Of a stretch of DNA of 64,000 bases, positions 33,061-46,861 are shown in pieces. The stretch is from Hormiphora californensis (taxonomy: Eukaryota; Animalia; Ctenophora), in assembly GCA_020137815.1 (NCBI GenBank), contig CM035350.1, positions 2,046,001 to 2,110,000 on the forward strand, written 5' to 3'. A model generated the notes under the pieces. The model saw only the letters and a list, made by a program, of their open reading frames with translations. It was not told where the DNA came from and searched no databases. Both the position numbers and the translations under genes were made by a program. The stretch's first letter is position 1; each line of letters opens with the position of its first letter.

Positions 33061-34363
33061 ATCACAGTTGATTATCAGCCCTTTTTAACAATCACTAGGT
33101 AATGAACAAGTTGTTTCTCTACTGTACTGTAATACTGTAATACTGTAATACTGTACTACTGCTGATATAGTTTCGTTATCAGAAACACTGCAAACAATAC
33201 AAAATATAGTTACATGGACTACTAGTAACCTGGACTACTAGTAACACTAGTAACACCATTATTGTTACCTTTTAGAAACTGTTTCATGCTACAACGCACG
33301 GCTCTTGTTCTACGTTTTATTTTCTCTCGTTTTTGCTACATATAATGTCTACCGTGTTTTAAATAGTAGTGATATGACTGCGTTATATATTTTCTAGCTA
33401 CAGCGACAGTATAAGATAAACCCCCCCCCTGTTGTATTGGATCTGTATTCTTCCGCTGCTTCATATATCAGAGTATCTCATGAGCAAGCAAATTCTGGCC
33501 CGTGTGTGTGTGTGTGTGTGTCAGTGCGAGTGTGTGTGAGAGTTTGTTTGTGTGTGTGTGCGTGTGCGTGTGTGTGCGTGTGTGTGCGTGTTGTTTTGGA
33601 AGTTAGGAAGCCTGTGATTCTATACAGAAAGATATTATTACTGTGTAGTTGTATCTGGAAATTTTGATGCCAGTTTTCAGTCTACCGAAATCCAGCGTTT
33701 AAATTTGCCCTCTTCATCTCAGCGAATTCAATCGAGTTGATAACTGGCGAGGGCGAGTTTTTATCAAATATACTGCAATTAGAACGCCGCGCTTTCAAAC
33801 TTAATGCGCGCTAAAACATGAATTTAAAAAACATAACAAAATTTCTTGTTGTTTTTGCTCCGAACTTTTTTGAACTTTTTAAAAGCGGAGGTCGGGTACT
33901 GTGACCTCTGTGGAGCCTGCCGCTGATGACCCCAGGCACTTCTTAGCATGCTATAAGCGACATATTAGGCACTGTATTATTTTGATTTGTAATAGCACCA
34001 AACCAGCTTATTTTATGCTCTAAATCGCTGATCGCGTCCCGCCGCTTGCAAAAATCGAGATCGTAGCCTCAGAGTACTCAGTACTGACTGATGACTCACA
34101 ATTTACAGCCATTTCTTCATATTGATGATCTCTCAGGACTAAGAGACAAAATTAATGGCAGAGCAGCAGCAGGTCTTGCGGGAGGTTTTAATTATTCTTT
34201 TTTGTCACATTTGATTTTGCCTACCGGGTTTGGCGAGAGTGCAGACCTCATCCAGCCTCCAGCAATTCGTCGGCCGTCCAATGACTTCATTAATAAGTAT
34301 GTGATGAAGTGTCCCAACTTTTTACAATCTAAAATTTTAACTTTCTACTAAGGGGACAGTACC

Positions 34364-37300
34364 ATGACAAAAAAGAAGTTCGTAGAGGCTCCGTCTGGGA
34401 AATGGGTAAGCCTATTTGTTTCAAAACTGATTTATAAAAAGTTGGGTCGCTTCTGATCATTGCATTTATTTTGTTTTTCTTTTTTTACTTAATTGACTTA
34501 ATCAATAATCTTGTATTTTTTAAACATCATAAATTCATAGCTTTATGTCAGATCGCCGAAGTAAAGTAAGAACTCAGGAGAACCCCAAGCAGAGATCATC
34601 TAAATCAAACGAAAACCGACCACCCAAGTCATCCTCTAAACCCGATAAAGATAGTCGGACTAGAGATGAGAAACGACGAATAAAAGATGAACCAGTAAAC
34701 GGGAGCAGCAAATCTTCCAAAACATCTTCAAGGGACAATATCAAGAGTGAAACTAAAACTCGAGGAAGCGATGAAGAGAAAAGGAGGGAGAGAAAGAGCA
34801 GGGTAAAAGACTCTGAAAGGGAACGTAGTAAAGATTCTCAGCGGAAGGGAGTCGGGAGATCGCGAAAAACGGAGGGAATCCAGTCACAAAGAAAGGGATA
34901 GAGACAAGGAGGTAGATCGCAAACGAGACAAAGATAGTGATCGCAAACGAGACAAAGACAGTGATCGCCGGAGAGACAAAGACAAGGATAAAGACTAGGG
35001 AAAGGCACCGTCGAAAGGAAACGGAAGATGAGAGAAGGGAGCGAAAAGAGCGTGAGAGAGCAGAAAGGACGGCTTCAAAAGGAGAAGGAAGCAACAAGAG
35101 GTGGTGAAACCCCCAAAACCACCCACTCCTCCTCCTCCCCCTCCACCTGAACCGGAGGAAGCAGAGGAAGCAGAGGATGAGTACGACTACGAAGATGAGG
35201 AGTTTGAAGATTATGATGATGATTTTGAGAGTGATCCTGGTGATGAAGATGAAGATGAAGAAGATGAATCAGAGTTCGATAGTGATCTTGGTTCTGAGAG
35301 CACGGCTACCCCAGAAGTCGCTGCCTATCAGTGATACCCAGAAATTGAAGATCAGGGAAGCCATGGCGTTGGAAAATTCTCGTGTTGAGTCCTCTACTCC
35401 TCCCATCAACCTTCCTTCCTCTCCTACAAACACTCCCATGCCTTCGTCTCCTGTGGCTGACGCTAAAAGATTCTCGCAAAAACATCAGAGTACTGGATTT
35501 CGCCGCTGCCCAAAAGTCCCAAGCGAAGGACAAAGCTCTCTCCAAAACGGCACAACGAGGTCGGGATCTCATGCGGCTCATTGAACTCGACTCGGTTTTC
35601 TTTGATCTCATCGAGCTGAAGCCACAGACAGAATACGAGCTCTACATGAAGTCGTTTGGTCGAACTGAGACCCAGCAGAAACACACCCAGTACAACGAGG
35701 ACGCTGTTGATAGGGAGATGATGACAGAGGAACCGGATGTTAGGAGTTGCTGGAGTCAGCATCCTGCTGATACTGCCGTGGTTTCTGCTCACGAGGGAGA
35801 TGTAGACCCTGATCAGGAACCCTCCGAATCATATGATCCTGCCTCTCTGGATAGGTTCATTGCTCTCTCAGCCAAGATTGTCACCACTCTACTAGAGGAG
35901 AGGGCATCTAGTCATGGTTATGTTCATACCTTCAAACCAGTCAACACATCCAAGTTTAGTGATACCTCAGCGGAGTTCCCTGCTAATCCCATCACAGCCC
36001 ATCGTGCCCCCATCTACTGTACTCCTGTTACCGCCCAGACCTTCCTTGTGTGCTACACTCGCCCTAAATCAGACACCTCACCCCTTCCCACCCACGGTCT
36101 CAGTTGCACGTGGACTCTTCAGGATATTTACCAGCCTACTGGGATCCTATCCAGCAACTCTGCTCACAGGACAGCCTGTGTCAGTCCGTACAACCCGACC
36201 CTCATATTTGTGGGGTGTGAGGATGGTTCTATATCTGTGTGGGACCTAAACGAACCGGGAAACCTTCACTCTTCAGTCCAGGTGAACAACCTAGGATACA
36301 CGGTCCGATCCCCGACCTACAACACATCATCTGTCCAAGTGGCAGAGGCCCACCACTCTAAAATAACCCATATGGACGCTGTGAGGTTGGATCAAGAACT
36401 CCAGGTCGCTGCCTCCTTCCAGATCGCCTCCCTTGACGAGTCTGGTATTCTCATTGTATGGGTGGTCATTTCAGTGACAGACGCGTCTCTCTCCGGGTCC
36501 CAGATTGACCTTGGACTTCGGCCTGGTGGAAAGGTAAAACTGGTGAAAAGTGCACTGATAAATGTAAACTTCCCCCAGAATCCTGCAATAGATCTCTTCC
36601 CAGAGGTCCGGACATTCGCATTCAGACAAAGTTACTCAGATACCAGTCTGTATTTCGTGACAACCGACCAGGGTACTGTCTTGAAGGTATCCAGAAACCC
36701 CTCCATTGGACAACCAACCACATACGCCCCTGAATACTCCACTCCTACAATTGTGGGCTCCATGGATTTCAACAAGTTTAACTGGAAATATTTCCTAGCC
36801 GGGACAGCGGACGGGACGGTGTGTTTGTTCTATGTAGATAGACCCACCCCCCTCCTTGTCCTGGACAGGTTTACAAAGGGACGGCCAGTACGGACTGTCA
36901 AGTGGTCACGGTCCAGCTCCACACTGTTTTATGTAATGGACTCTGCAAACACGTTCTATTTGTGGGATCTCAGCGAGCGGGATTCGTCGCCTCTTGTGGT
37001 TGAAACTTACTCTAAAGGACTCCTATCATTCACAGAAATGCTGCCCTCAGCAGGACCCCCTGTTGTGGTTTTTACCTTCAAAGATGGCACAATGGAGGGT
37101 CACCATGTTAAGAAATCAGCTATAAGGGATGACGTGAACAATGTTAGTAAACTGGAGGGATATCTAGCGACGGTGTTGTAGCAGTGAGTTCAGAGACAAT
37201 CGAGAGGGAGGGTTCTATTTGTTTGGCTGGTCCAAAAGTGTTGTCGTGCAGGACCTTACTGTGTAAGGAGCTGTGAATGTGTTGTAGTGTTTGAATTGTG

Positions 37301-40300
37301 TGTTGGTAGTTTTCGAGCTGTTTAGAAAAATTGGCTGTTTGAATTTTCTCTCCCACACCCATTATAATACCAGACCATGTTTCACCTGTATACTTCATCC
37401 CCAATCTCTCAGTCTCTCACTGCTCCATCCCCAATCTCTCACTGCAGCCTCTACCTCTTGTAGGATGATCGGGGCCGGGGAACTGGTGGCAGAGCTGAGA
37501 GAACAGCTCACGGAAGAGTTCACCAAACTTGGTACAACGCCCTCCCAGTTTTGCCATGAAAACTATCAGGTCTACAAGGCAGCCCTGGGCAGGATCACAG
37601 AACATAGCACCGTCTACAAGCCCATCCTTACCGCTATCTCAAATACCTTCCACTCTGAAATAACCACTCTCCAAGAAACAGAGACCCGGGGTAAATTCCG
37701 AGAATCCTACGAGACAGAGCTGGAATTAGCGGACGAGACGATGATTAACCTGAGGAAGAGGGAGGAACAGCTGAAAGAAACTGTAGCCCAACTCCAATCA
37801 GAGAGAGTCACTCTAACGGAGTCCATTGTCAGCTTAAAGGAGCTGGTTGCAGATATCAGTGCACAGAGTCTGATGGTGGAGGAAGATGTGTTCCAAAACA
37901 AAGTTCTGGATGGCTTCACTTTGGAACAGATGACTAACGTGAACCTGCTCAGTAGGGAGGTAATGAAGTTGGAGACGAGGCATAGAGACATGCTGGAAAC
38001 CCAGGGGTCGGTGTTTGTACCGCGGGAGAAGTTTGAGGAAACACGGAGACTGTTGTTGAAGAAGGAGGAGGTGAAGGAGAGTAGGACTGATCAAATGCAG
38101 CAACTCTATAAACATGTTCCTGTTTTAAAACACATGTTAGAGGGTCTACAGCATGGTGACCATGCCCCCACTTCATTTGCTGAGATCGAGCAGTTAGCCA
38201 GGGAAGCTGTTGAGAATGTCAATGGAAGTGGACCTCTCTATGTTGAGGTGTATGATGATGAAGACCCAGCGAAGGAGAAAGAAGCAGAGCAAAAGTTAGC
38301 CTATATTGAGCAGTTAGATGAGTTCCTGAGGGAGGAGGATTATAAAACAGCTGCTATACACGCTGCTAGCTCCCCCGGTGGATTTCTCAGAACCATGACA
38401 ACACTTGAAGAGTTCAGAGCGGTTAGTAATGGAGATGAAACAGTCACCCCCTCACCCCTCTTCACATACTGTGCAACCCTAATGGCCACTGTACCCCAAC
38501 ACGAACCAGCACCCGAGGACCAGAGTTATGAGTGTGTGGCCGTGGCGCTCGGTGAGGGCAGGATGGATAATATCGCTCAGTGGATTGCTAACAAGTACCT
38601 TACTCTCTCCAGAAGAACGGCTGACTTGTTGCTGTGTAGTTGTCAGTGTAGGGGGAGGTGTGATTGTGAGAGTGGGACGCTGGCCATTGCTGTTTATCGA
38701 GATATTGCAGATCACACCATGACAGTCCACTCTCTGGCACGACAGGGTGCTCTCTACAGGGCCATACACTTTGCTAAGACCCATGAGTTGGGGGATCCCG
38801 CTCTCATGGCTCTACTGGGCCAGTTACCTTCGGTGGATCTGGCGGCTCTGTTGATTTTAGAAGAAGGATTCCATATTGGGGAAGTGTTGGAGTGTCTGTT
38901 GGTGAACCATAATGACAGTGTTTTTATTGGCCTCCTCAAACTACTAGATGACAATAACGATTTAAGGGAGGTTCTTGTGGCTGATGGCTCTCACGAGGGA
39001 GTCCAGTGGTCAGATTTTATTGAACTATGCCTCAGTTTGGGAGAGGATGGAATTGCAGAGGAGATACAAGCATTTTCAATTTCCCACGAAGCTATTGCTT
39101 CTGCAGCAGCATCTTTAGATCAGCCCGATGAAAATATTGAAGAATGAAAGATTGTACATGTTTTGTAGAAAATCTTCACACGCAGCTCTTACACACAACT
39201 GATCGTGTCTATTGTGTGTGTACTCAGTCATAGCTCGGAGGAGGTGGTCATAGCAACGGGCAGCCCGTTTTTCAACTTATAAAGTGTGTACTTTTTCAGC
39301 AGTCAGTATAACAGAGGCGCGCACACTGACGCCGCGCACCATCGTCTCCTCAAGGTGATTTTCTTCTGTCATGTGTGACTGTGTGTCACACTGTCATGTG
39401 ACTGTGTGCTGCATTTAAACTCAGCTGGTGTGTGCTTTATAGCTGATTTCTATAGACCTGTATTACTTTGGGGTGTCTTGAACTCTCTGCTATGTCACAG
39501 GATTCTATGCTGTTCTTTCTCAGGGCAGTCCGTGAACTCTGTGAAGTGTGCTCTCGGCTCTATGTTTGCTAACGTAGCAGAGCAGCTAACCAACTAATAT
39601 GATAACATGACCCTCTATTTCAGTTTACTTCTGATGGCTGGCCTCCAAAAGGACCCATAATACCTGGACCTAGTACTGCTGCACCTGCGACTACAATCCC
39701 TCAACCACCACCATGTTTTGTTAGGAATTTTGAAGAGAAAAAGAATGGATTCTCTAAACTCGTGAGTGTAAATTATCAATACTCAAGTGTTATGAAAATA
39801 AAGTGTGATCTAATGTTCGAGCCTTGAGAATATCCTACTATTTGTCTAATGTTGAGTAACCCTCATCACAGGACAACAAGTATACGTTGCGGGGTTGTGG
39901 GGAGGCACTGGGGAGGAAGGATCTGAGCCTAAGAAGGAAGGAAACGGGAGAGACCCTTCATCAAAGTGATGATATTATAGCTTGGGGTGACAACCGCCGA
40001 GGTGAGGGAAGAGGTTGTGATTTAGTAATCTATTTATTTCGTCTACTACAAGTTCATTTACTTCATTAGCTTTGATCATCTGGTCCTAATTACCATTTTC
40101 CCTTCCCTTTCAGACCAGAAGATATCTCGGACACACTCCACCTACACCTCCCCCTCTCCCAACCAACCCGGCTGAACACAGGAGGTTTGGTAGGCGGCCC
40201 AATCCTGCCAACCCAGTCTACCAACTCAGTACCACTACAGCGTGTTGGTTTGGTAATGACTCCCAGTCAACCCCTTACAAAGTCCTAGCGGAGACTCAGC

Positions 40301-40371
40301 ACCGCCATAACAGGCCAAATACCTGGAAGTACAGTACACATGCTCCCTACACCCTGGCAGACCTAGCTTGA
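34364..40371 (+). CDS. TEX36: TEX36-like (HDNR-family) protein; host gene
   Basis: Exon 1 34364-34405 (MTKKKFVEAPSGKW|gtaag) joins in phase 0 to exon 2 39624-39761 (FTSDGW...NGFSKL), exon 3 39872-40001 (DNKYTLRGCGEALGRKD...HQSDDIIAW) and exon 4 40114-40371 (HRRFGR...TPYKVLAETQ...NTWKYS; one +1 indel near 40150). Matches recalled TEX36 motifs MTKGRRF..DGRWF, FSxHDNR, LGRKK, RRFPR. Confidence 0.65.
34545..37181 (+). CDS. DYNC2I1: WDR60 / dynein-2 intermediate chain 1 (intronless; about 6 single-base insertions at 34840-35470)
   Basis: Charged R/K/D/E N-terminus, acidic YEDEEFEDYDDDFESD, RGRDLMRLIELD...EYELYMKSFG...QYNED...WSQHP, then WD40 repeats (GCEDGSISVWDL, DLGLRPGGKVKL, YLWDL). Confidence 0.88.
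37465..39147 (+). CDS. CLHC1: Clathrin heavy chain linker domain-containing protein 1-like (intronless)
   Basis: TSNAXIP1_N-like start (YKAALGRITEHSTVYKPILTAI), coiled coil, clathrin-linker motif YKTAAIHAASSPGGFLRT...SPLFTYC...ECVAVAL..GRMDNIAQWI. ATG directly after the acceptor TTGTAG|G. Confidence 0.78.
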   Translation: MIGAGELVAELREQLTEEFTKLGTTPSQFCHENYQVYKAALGRITEHSTVYKPILTAISNTFHSEITTLQETETRGKFRESYETELELADETMINLRKREEQLKETVAQLQSERVTLTESIVSLKELVADISAQSLMVEEDVFQNKVLDGFTLEQMTNVNLLSREVMKLETRHRDMLETQGSVFVPREKFEETRRLLLKKEEVKESRTDQMQQLYKHVPVLKHMLEGLQHGDHAPTSFAEIEQLAREAVENVNGSGPLYVEVYDDEDPAKEKEAEQKLAYIEQLDEFLREEDYKTAAIHAASSPGGFLRTMTTLEEFRAVSNGDETVTPSPLFTYCATLMATVPQHEPAPEDQSYECVAVALGEGRMDNIAQWIANKYLTLSRRTADLLLCSCQCRGRCDCESGTLAIAVYRDIADHTMTVHSLARQGALYRAIHFAKTHELGDPALMALLGQLPSVDLAALLILEEGFHIGEVLECLLVNHNDSVFIGLLKLLDDNNDLREVLVADGSHEGVQWSDFIELCLSLGEDGIAEEIQAFSISHEAIASAAASLDQPDENIEE

Positions 40372-40430
40372 CAATGACACTGTTTAGAAGTTGGGAACAT
40401 TGTAGTTATGTGTTTAGTTTTGTGTTTAGA

Positions 40431-40499
40431 GTGTGTTACCATGGTTACTGTGTGTTACCATGGTTACTGTGTGTTACCATGGTTACTGTGTGTTACCAT
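40431..40499. repeat. 19-bp tandem repeat GTGTGTTACCATGGTTACT (about 3.5 copies)
   Basis: Seen directly, 60 bp after the TEX36-like stop. Confidence 0.9.
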
Positions 40500-41427
40500 T
40501 TGTTTAGAACTTCCCTTATCTTAAATCGTGTTTTGACCTCTTGACCAGCTACCACCCCTGTTATTATGCCTGAATATACGCCTTTGCTTATGTGTCACGA
40601 TCAGTTTGTATGTTTATTGTATAAAGTGTGTATGTAAGATATTTTACTCCTTATCAACCCGTAAAAACGAAATCAATTTAAAGATTTACGAGCCGGACGT
40701 TCTCATACTACATATATGAAATTCTGGTTCTGGATTTGAAACTCAAGTCAACAAGTTGAAGTCGAACTCGAACTAGAGTCAGAGACTCAAATGTTGAGTC
40801 TCTGAGTTCAACTTCATGACTTGAGACCGACCTATGAGGCTCTAGTAAAACAATTTTTGACCTTGTCCACTATCTGAAATGTGCCTGCGTGCCGCTGTTG
40901 GTGTGATACCTGACAGACAGGCATACATCGTGGGCGTGATATTGTCGAACTAGGTGTACATGACTACATGGTGCCATGATATCTCTCAGGGTGTGTGAGT
41001 CACACAGCTATATATTATAATCCCGGGAAAGAATGAAAACGTCCGACTCCGAACAAACAAGAATAATATTATTTTGTTCAATATCATATGGCTGGTTCAC
41101 TGCAGGAAGATAATCTGGTATATCCCATGGATCTGTCAGGCCAATGCTCAGGCTACATGACAGTTCACTGTTCACAGCCATGGATCCTACTGGATGTTTT
41201 AGAAAGACTAACCTGGACCAACGCAACTTAAAAGGTTGGTATTACAGCCTGTATGTATGCTTTTTGTCGCATTGGTATCAATGATAGTCGGGAGAGTCGC
41301 GAAGTGAAACTGAAGATGTGGAAATGATACTATCACTTCCATCTGTTCACTTCGCGACTTCGATCTCACAGGCACACATGACACATGTGCCTATATCGAT
41401 CACTATGTCACCAATATGTCGCGGTAA

Positions 41428-41578
41428 GCGGTAAATGTTGCCTTGATTTGGACACAACTCGATCACGATGCCCTCTTTCCAACCAGCCCAAGATTATGTA
41501 ATTTGGTCAAGAAATGGATGAGTTATGGCCAAACTGTAAAAATTGTGTCCAAATCAAGGCAACGGCAACATTTACCGC
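41428..41578. mobile_element. PIF/Harbinger-type (Tourist-like) MITE
   Basis: TIR GCGGTAAATGTTGCC...TTGATTTGGACACAA inverted at both ends. TAA on both flanks (41425-41427, 41579-41581). Confidence 0.7.
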
Positions 41579-42690
41579 TAAGTTAGCATAGTCCATATGC
41601 GGCATATATGGCATATAAGCCTTTGATGGGATCTAACGCGGGCAGCCTTTGATGGGCGATGGCATCTAGCTATAACATAGATATTGAGGTTTTAATTGCC
41701 CTAAAAGTCTCACTATTGATATTGATAAATATAGGTTAATCGTAATATCAATAGTAGTAAACCCAGGTGTTTATGTAGGGGTCACGTCCGCTGGGTGCAT
41801 GTGATCCACATGTGATTCACTTATCTCGATATACGGTATAAAACCCTACCGAAGATAGGGGTTTATACTTTCAATAAAAAAAAGGATATATTGGTCATAA
41901 TGATAAAGTTTAGCGGCTAGAACTATATAGCGGGCTGTGGTTTATATATGCAAAACTGACGTCCCACCTTCCGGCCTCTCCCGGATTATAATCCTAATGA
42001 CACATTTATTAGAGTGTCGGATTTTGAAATAATCTTTCCACTTCCATCTTTACTAGACGTATTTTTTCACGCTGATTCCGAATCTGTCATTTATTTTGAT
42101 CTACGACCACGTCATCCCCTGGAGAAGCCCTCCTGAATGAATTGCTTGTGCGTCGCGTTGCAGTGCTGTCACTATGCGCTCTCTCTCGCCAATTAGCTGC
42201 GCTCGCAAATTTACACACAACTGTGCCACCTGAGCTGAGATGGATCTCAACGAAGCTGCTCAGCGGTCAGAAATTTTGAGTTTAAACGCCAAGACAATTA
42301 AGATCCAATCCATCATCAATTGATCATTTGCTAATGAATTGGACCTGTTGCTTGGTTCGTAATTCCAATAAATGTCATTTATTTTCAGGAGATGGTATCC
42401 CCGAGATGCTCCCAATCATGTTGGTGTGATCAACTCTGTAATTGCAAGCTGACTGCGGCGCTAACGTCCAGCATCATACTGACATACTCCGATCCCTGGT
42501 AAGAAGATGTTCTCGAAATGTGTTCGCGATATGATCAATATGATTTTCCCAGTTTTTCCCCGAGAGGGAGAGTCTCCATCCTATCAGAGAACTACTACTC
42601 AGACCTCCCACATGTGTTTTCTGTTAAGCTGTGTTTAGTGTTAATCAGGCTCGTGCAGATTAGCTTGAACAGCAGCTAGAGAGAGAGAGA

Positions 42691-42816
<126 letters not shown>

Positions 42817-44370
42817 CCACTGTGTTCACTTGTCGATATCCCACTTTGGTGGTTGGATCGTTGTTTCAGGCACGCTCGCTCCCCCGCGACGAAAGACACC
42901 ACACTAGACTCAAGAGAACTACAGCAGCTAGATTGATGTTGGCTAGAATGGTGGTAAGGTGTGTCCCTGCTCGCACGTGGCATGGCTACCCAAGTTTCCC
43001 CGCTCCACCTACTATAATACAGCTGCTCAGTACAACCGGTCACAATACCAGGTATTCATCATTCAGATTGCGTGGTTTTCGGATGAAGTTACGTATTAAC
43101 TTGTAAATGATTGGCTCATGGATGGTGAGTCACCATTGCAGTGACTGTTTAGATGTGGGGATTTAGTTTAATTCATTTGAAATTGAATACGTAATACTAA
43201 TTTATTTTTTGGTCTTCCTCACATTTCGAGTTCAGGAGGTGAGATCCAAGTGATCAATTATAACTAAGTCATTATCTTTACTTTAACTTACGTTTGACAC
43301 TACTCCATTACGTATTGCAACGTTTAGGGATTTATCAAAAATATCAATGACTGACAGAAATTCTAGAGAATGATACTGATAGTTGAATATCGAGGCTTAG
43401 TAAAACTGTAATACATGTATCAGAACAAAATGCCTCAACATATCCCCTTGCAGTTGCCCCGTTGGTCTGTTGAATTGAAATAGACGGATATTCGATATTT
43501 TAGCTGTATCTTTTGTCCTGCTTTCTGTTGACGATGTAAAACTGCTGTTGTCCAAAGGGCTGTTGTTTGGGAGATTTAGACTTAGAGCAAGGCCTTTAGA
43601 GCTTCCCTGTTGTTATATAAAGTCCGCCTTAGGTTGTGGTCGAGACATAGATTGCGTTAGACCTATATGAGCCCGTTCATTCATGCTCATTCATGTTTGA
43701 CAAGTTGACATTTAAACTGATATATTTATTGCACTATATCGGTGTATGAAATTTGACATGAAGATCTGAGAGGATAGACTGAGATTGAGAAATATATTTA
43801 TACTGTACTACTTTCTAGTAGATAGTGAAATAGATAGAGAGATAGTGGGAAAGAAAGGGATATAGCACATGACAACTGGTGAATGAAATTGATAGACAAG
43901 GCAGCAATATGTTTTAATGTCCCTTGTTCAATAACTGCTGCAGTACCCTCCGAATATTAATCATTTGTGAGTGTATTTTAATGAACAGCCCATTCTCAGC
44001 AGTAGAATGACAACTTATTGATCTTCACTAGGCTATCTATTGACGTCACTCATGTATTTATAATACGAAACTGATCTGTGATCTCACGTTTTTCGCTACC
44101 TAGTTATAAGTATTAATTAAATGTTATCACGTTTTCTAAAGCTTTATACAAAGCTTTGACGCGTCGGTCAAGTCAATGGCACGTACAATTATTCTATCTA
44201 ACTACTTGCGAGTTTCCAATCACAGTAAACGCTGAAACGTCATGATAGACTCCTCACCCAAATCCCCTAGACGGGTTCCGTACCACCCATCTCCCAAGCA
44301 CTAAACCTATGCATTAACATGTGATCAGTAACGTGCTGTAATCCCTGGAGCAGCGCTCTCTCTCCATACC

Positions 44371-44516
<146 letters not shown>

Positions 44517-45507
44517 TCTCTCTCTCTCGCTCCCTCTGCTCATCCTGATATGATCAGATGCTAGTCAAATAGCTGGTGGTGCAATTGTGCACGTGATATC
44601 CCTCCCTTCCTTCTCATTGGTCCTCACTCACTTAGTTCAGTTGCTAAACTTTGTCTTGCTAGAAATTGATGGCGTAGATCAAATTGAAATTGAAAATAAG
44701 AGACGAGCATACTATAATGATAATTTAGGTTGGAACGGCGCGACATGTTACAATTTAAAGCAATCACGGGGGTGGAGATTAGGACGCGGTTGTCGGAGTA
44801 GATACGAAACTCTGTAGGGGTCAACTACTCCATGTAATCTACTAATCTGCAGTAGATCAGTAGGAGATATCTATTTGGATCTTTCAATCTATTCATTATT
44901 ATTCGATAGAGATCTCTAGAGAGATAGAATCATAGAGAGATAGAATCATAGAGAGATAGAATCATAGAGGGTATCTTTGTTTGATCTTTTCTATGCTTTT
45001 TATGAGCTGTTATCCCTGCTGGTGTGCTTAGTAACATAGTATCATGAGAGAAAAAGAGAGAGAAACCTAGATGGAAAAGGGAGGAAAAGAGATAGAGGGA
45101 GTTACGGTTATTGTGGTAAATCGAGTTTTACGGAACCTTGCGAACTGTATTTATCTCCCTCTCTCCCTCCTTCTCTCGCTCTCCCTTTCTCTCTCCCTTT
45201 CTCTACTTCTCTTTTTCTCTAAATCTCTCTCTCTCCTCTCCCTCTCGCGGTACGTGAGAGAGTACTCATGACAGCTGTTATGATAAGATATCCCTGAATA
45301 AAGTGATACCTTTCTCATCTCGATTGTCTCTTTCACAAGTAAAGATAGCATCATTGATCATTTTATTAAACTCGTTACATAAATTTTACATATCCCATTA
45401 GCATTAGAACGATTATTAATAATGATATTATCTTGTGATTTAGTGTCATTTGCTATCCATGATCCTTCTCTCTTTCTACATTCAAAAATATAAATCATAT
45501 CTCTCTC

Positions 45508-45619
<112 letters not shown>

Positions 45620-46861
45620 AGTTCCCTCGGGTGGGTGGTCACTGCAGGGAGATGGTTCAGGTAACGACCTCTAATGTTGTTACATAAAATAGCGCTCTAT
45701 TACGGGGGTGCGATTAGTTCGCCCTATTTGTGGGATTCGCGGCTTCTATCTACCCACTCTCTCACTCTGTCTCCCACTATCTATTACCGTTTGGGACGGT
45801 TTGGGTGTGTGGATGATACTTTTTCAACAAACATTTATCGCTCATTTCATTTGTTGTTTTATCTACATAAAATTTTAAATCTCGAGTCCATATATTTTCG
45901 TTGGAAATGGCCAATGGTCCATTATAACCTATACACAGCAGCCATACTATACTGTACTTTCCCTGAAAATGCTATGTACTTAAAGGTGACAAAATATGTT
46001 CGGACCATAGTTCAGACCATAGTTCAGCAGCCGGCCGTATCACGTCTGTGCGTTAGTTTACCGCCATTGCAAGGGCGATTAACTTTGATCAGATCACCAC
46101 CACCGAGCTCCAGCTCAGTAACAACAAACAGCTTGGGTGAGGACCTTTTGTCCACATCGCGTAGCAGTGATAGAGACTGGGCGAATTACAGTTATCGAGA
46201 GGGAGAGAGAGCAGAGGCGAGTAAATCGGTAAAGACAATGGGAGAGAGAGCGGAAGAGAGAGAGAGAGAGAGAGAGAGCGGAAAAGAGAGGGGAGGGTCT
46301 ATCGAATATAACAAGCCTCCCCTCATTTTTCTTGATGTTTATCCCTAATTTGTTTTATGCCATCTTTCGCCTAGGAGATCCGTCTGACTGCAAAACTGAC
46401 ATGACAGTTAGACAGTGGTCCGTTGACGCACCTTTAAAAATAGAAATATAAATGGTATATATTTCAAGCACCAATAGTTCCTACATCTAACCGTCTAACG
46501 GTTTCTCTGGGGAAATGGGAATTCGTCTTCACGGCTATTGGTTGCAGTAACTAGTTATAGTAGTAGTACATAGCAAATACAAACTCATTAATTTAGTTCA
46601 CTCGAATTTACCAAACTAATATCCTTTCAACTTTTTATTAATTGCTATTTCCTTTTTCCCGGGATATCAAATATTTGGAAAAGTTAGTGTAGGATTGTAT
46701 TGCGTGCACACAGATATCTATCTATGAAACATAATCCTCCTTGATATACCAGCTTGTCTACTGGTGGTATTTTGTGGCGCGTTTATCTTGAGTGGTTTTA
46801 CTTCTAGGGTTGCAGCTTACTCATACATACCTTGCTGTCGTTTATTAAGCTCCTATATATA

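Noticed and set aside
34364-34545. Exon 34364-34405 as the first coding exon of WDR60
   Set aside because: Splicing to 34541 gives an early stop (LYVRSPK*); the exon fits in frame with the TEX36-like exons instead.
45674-46348. 224-aa ORF upstream of the homeobox gene
   Set aside because: No motifs, runs through GA repeats, composition looks non-coding.
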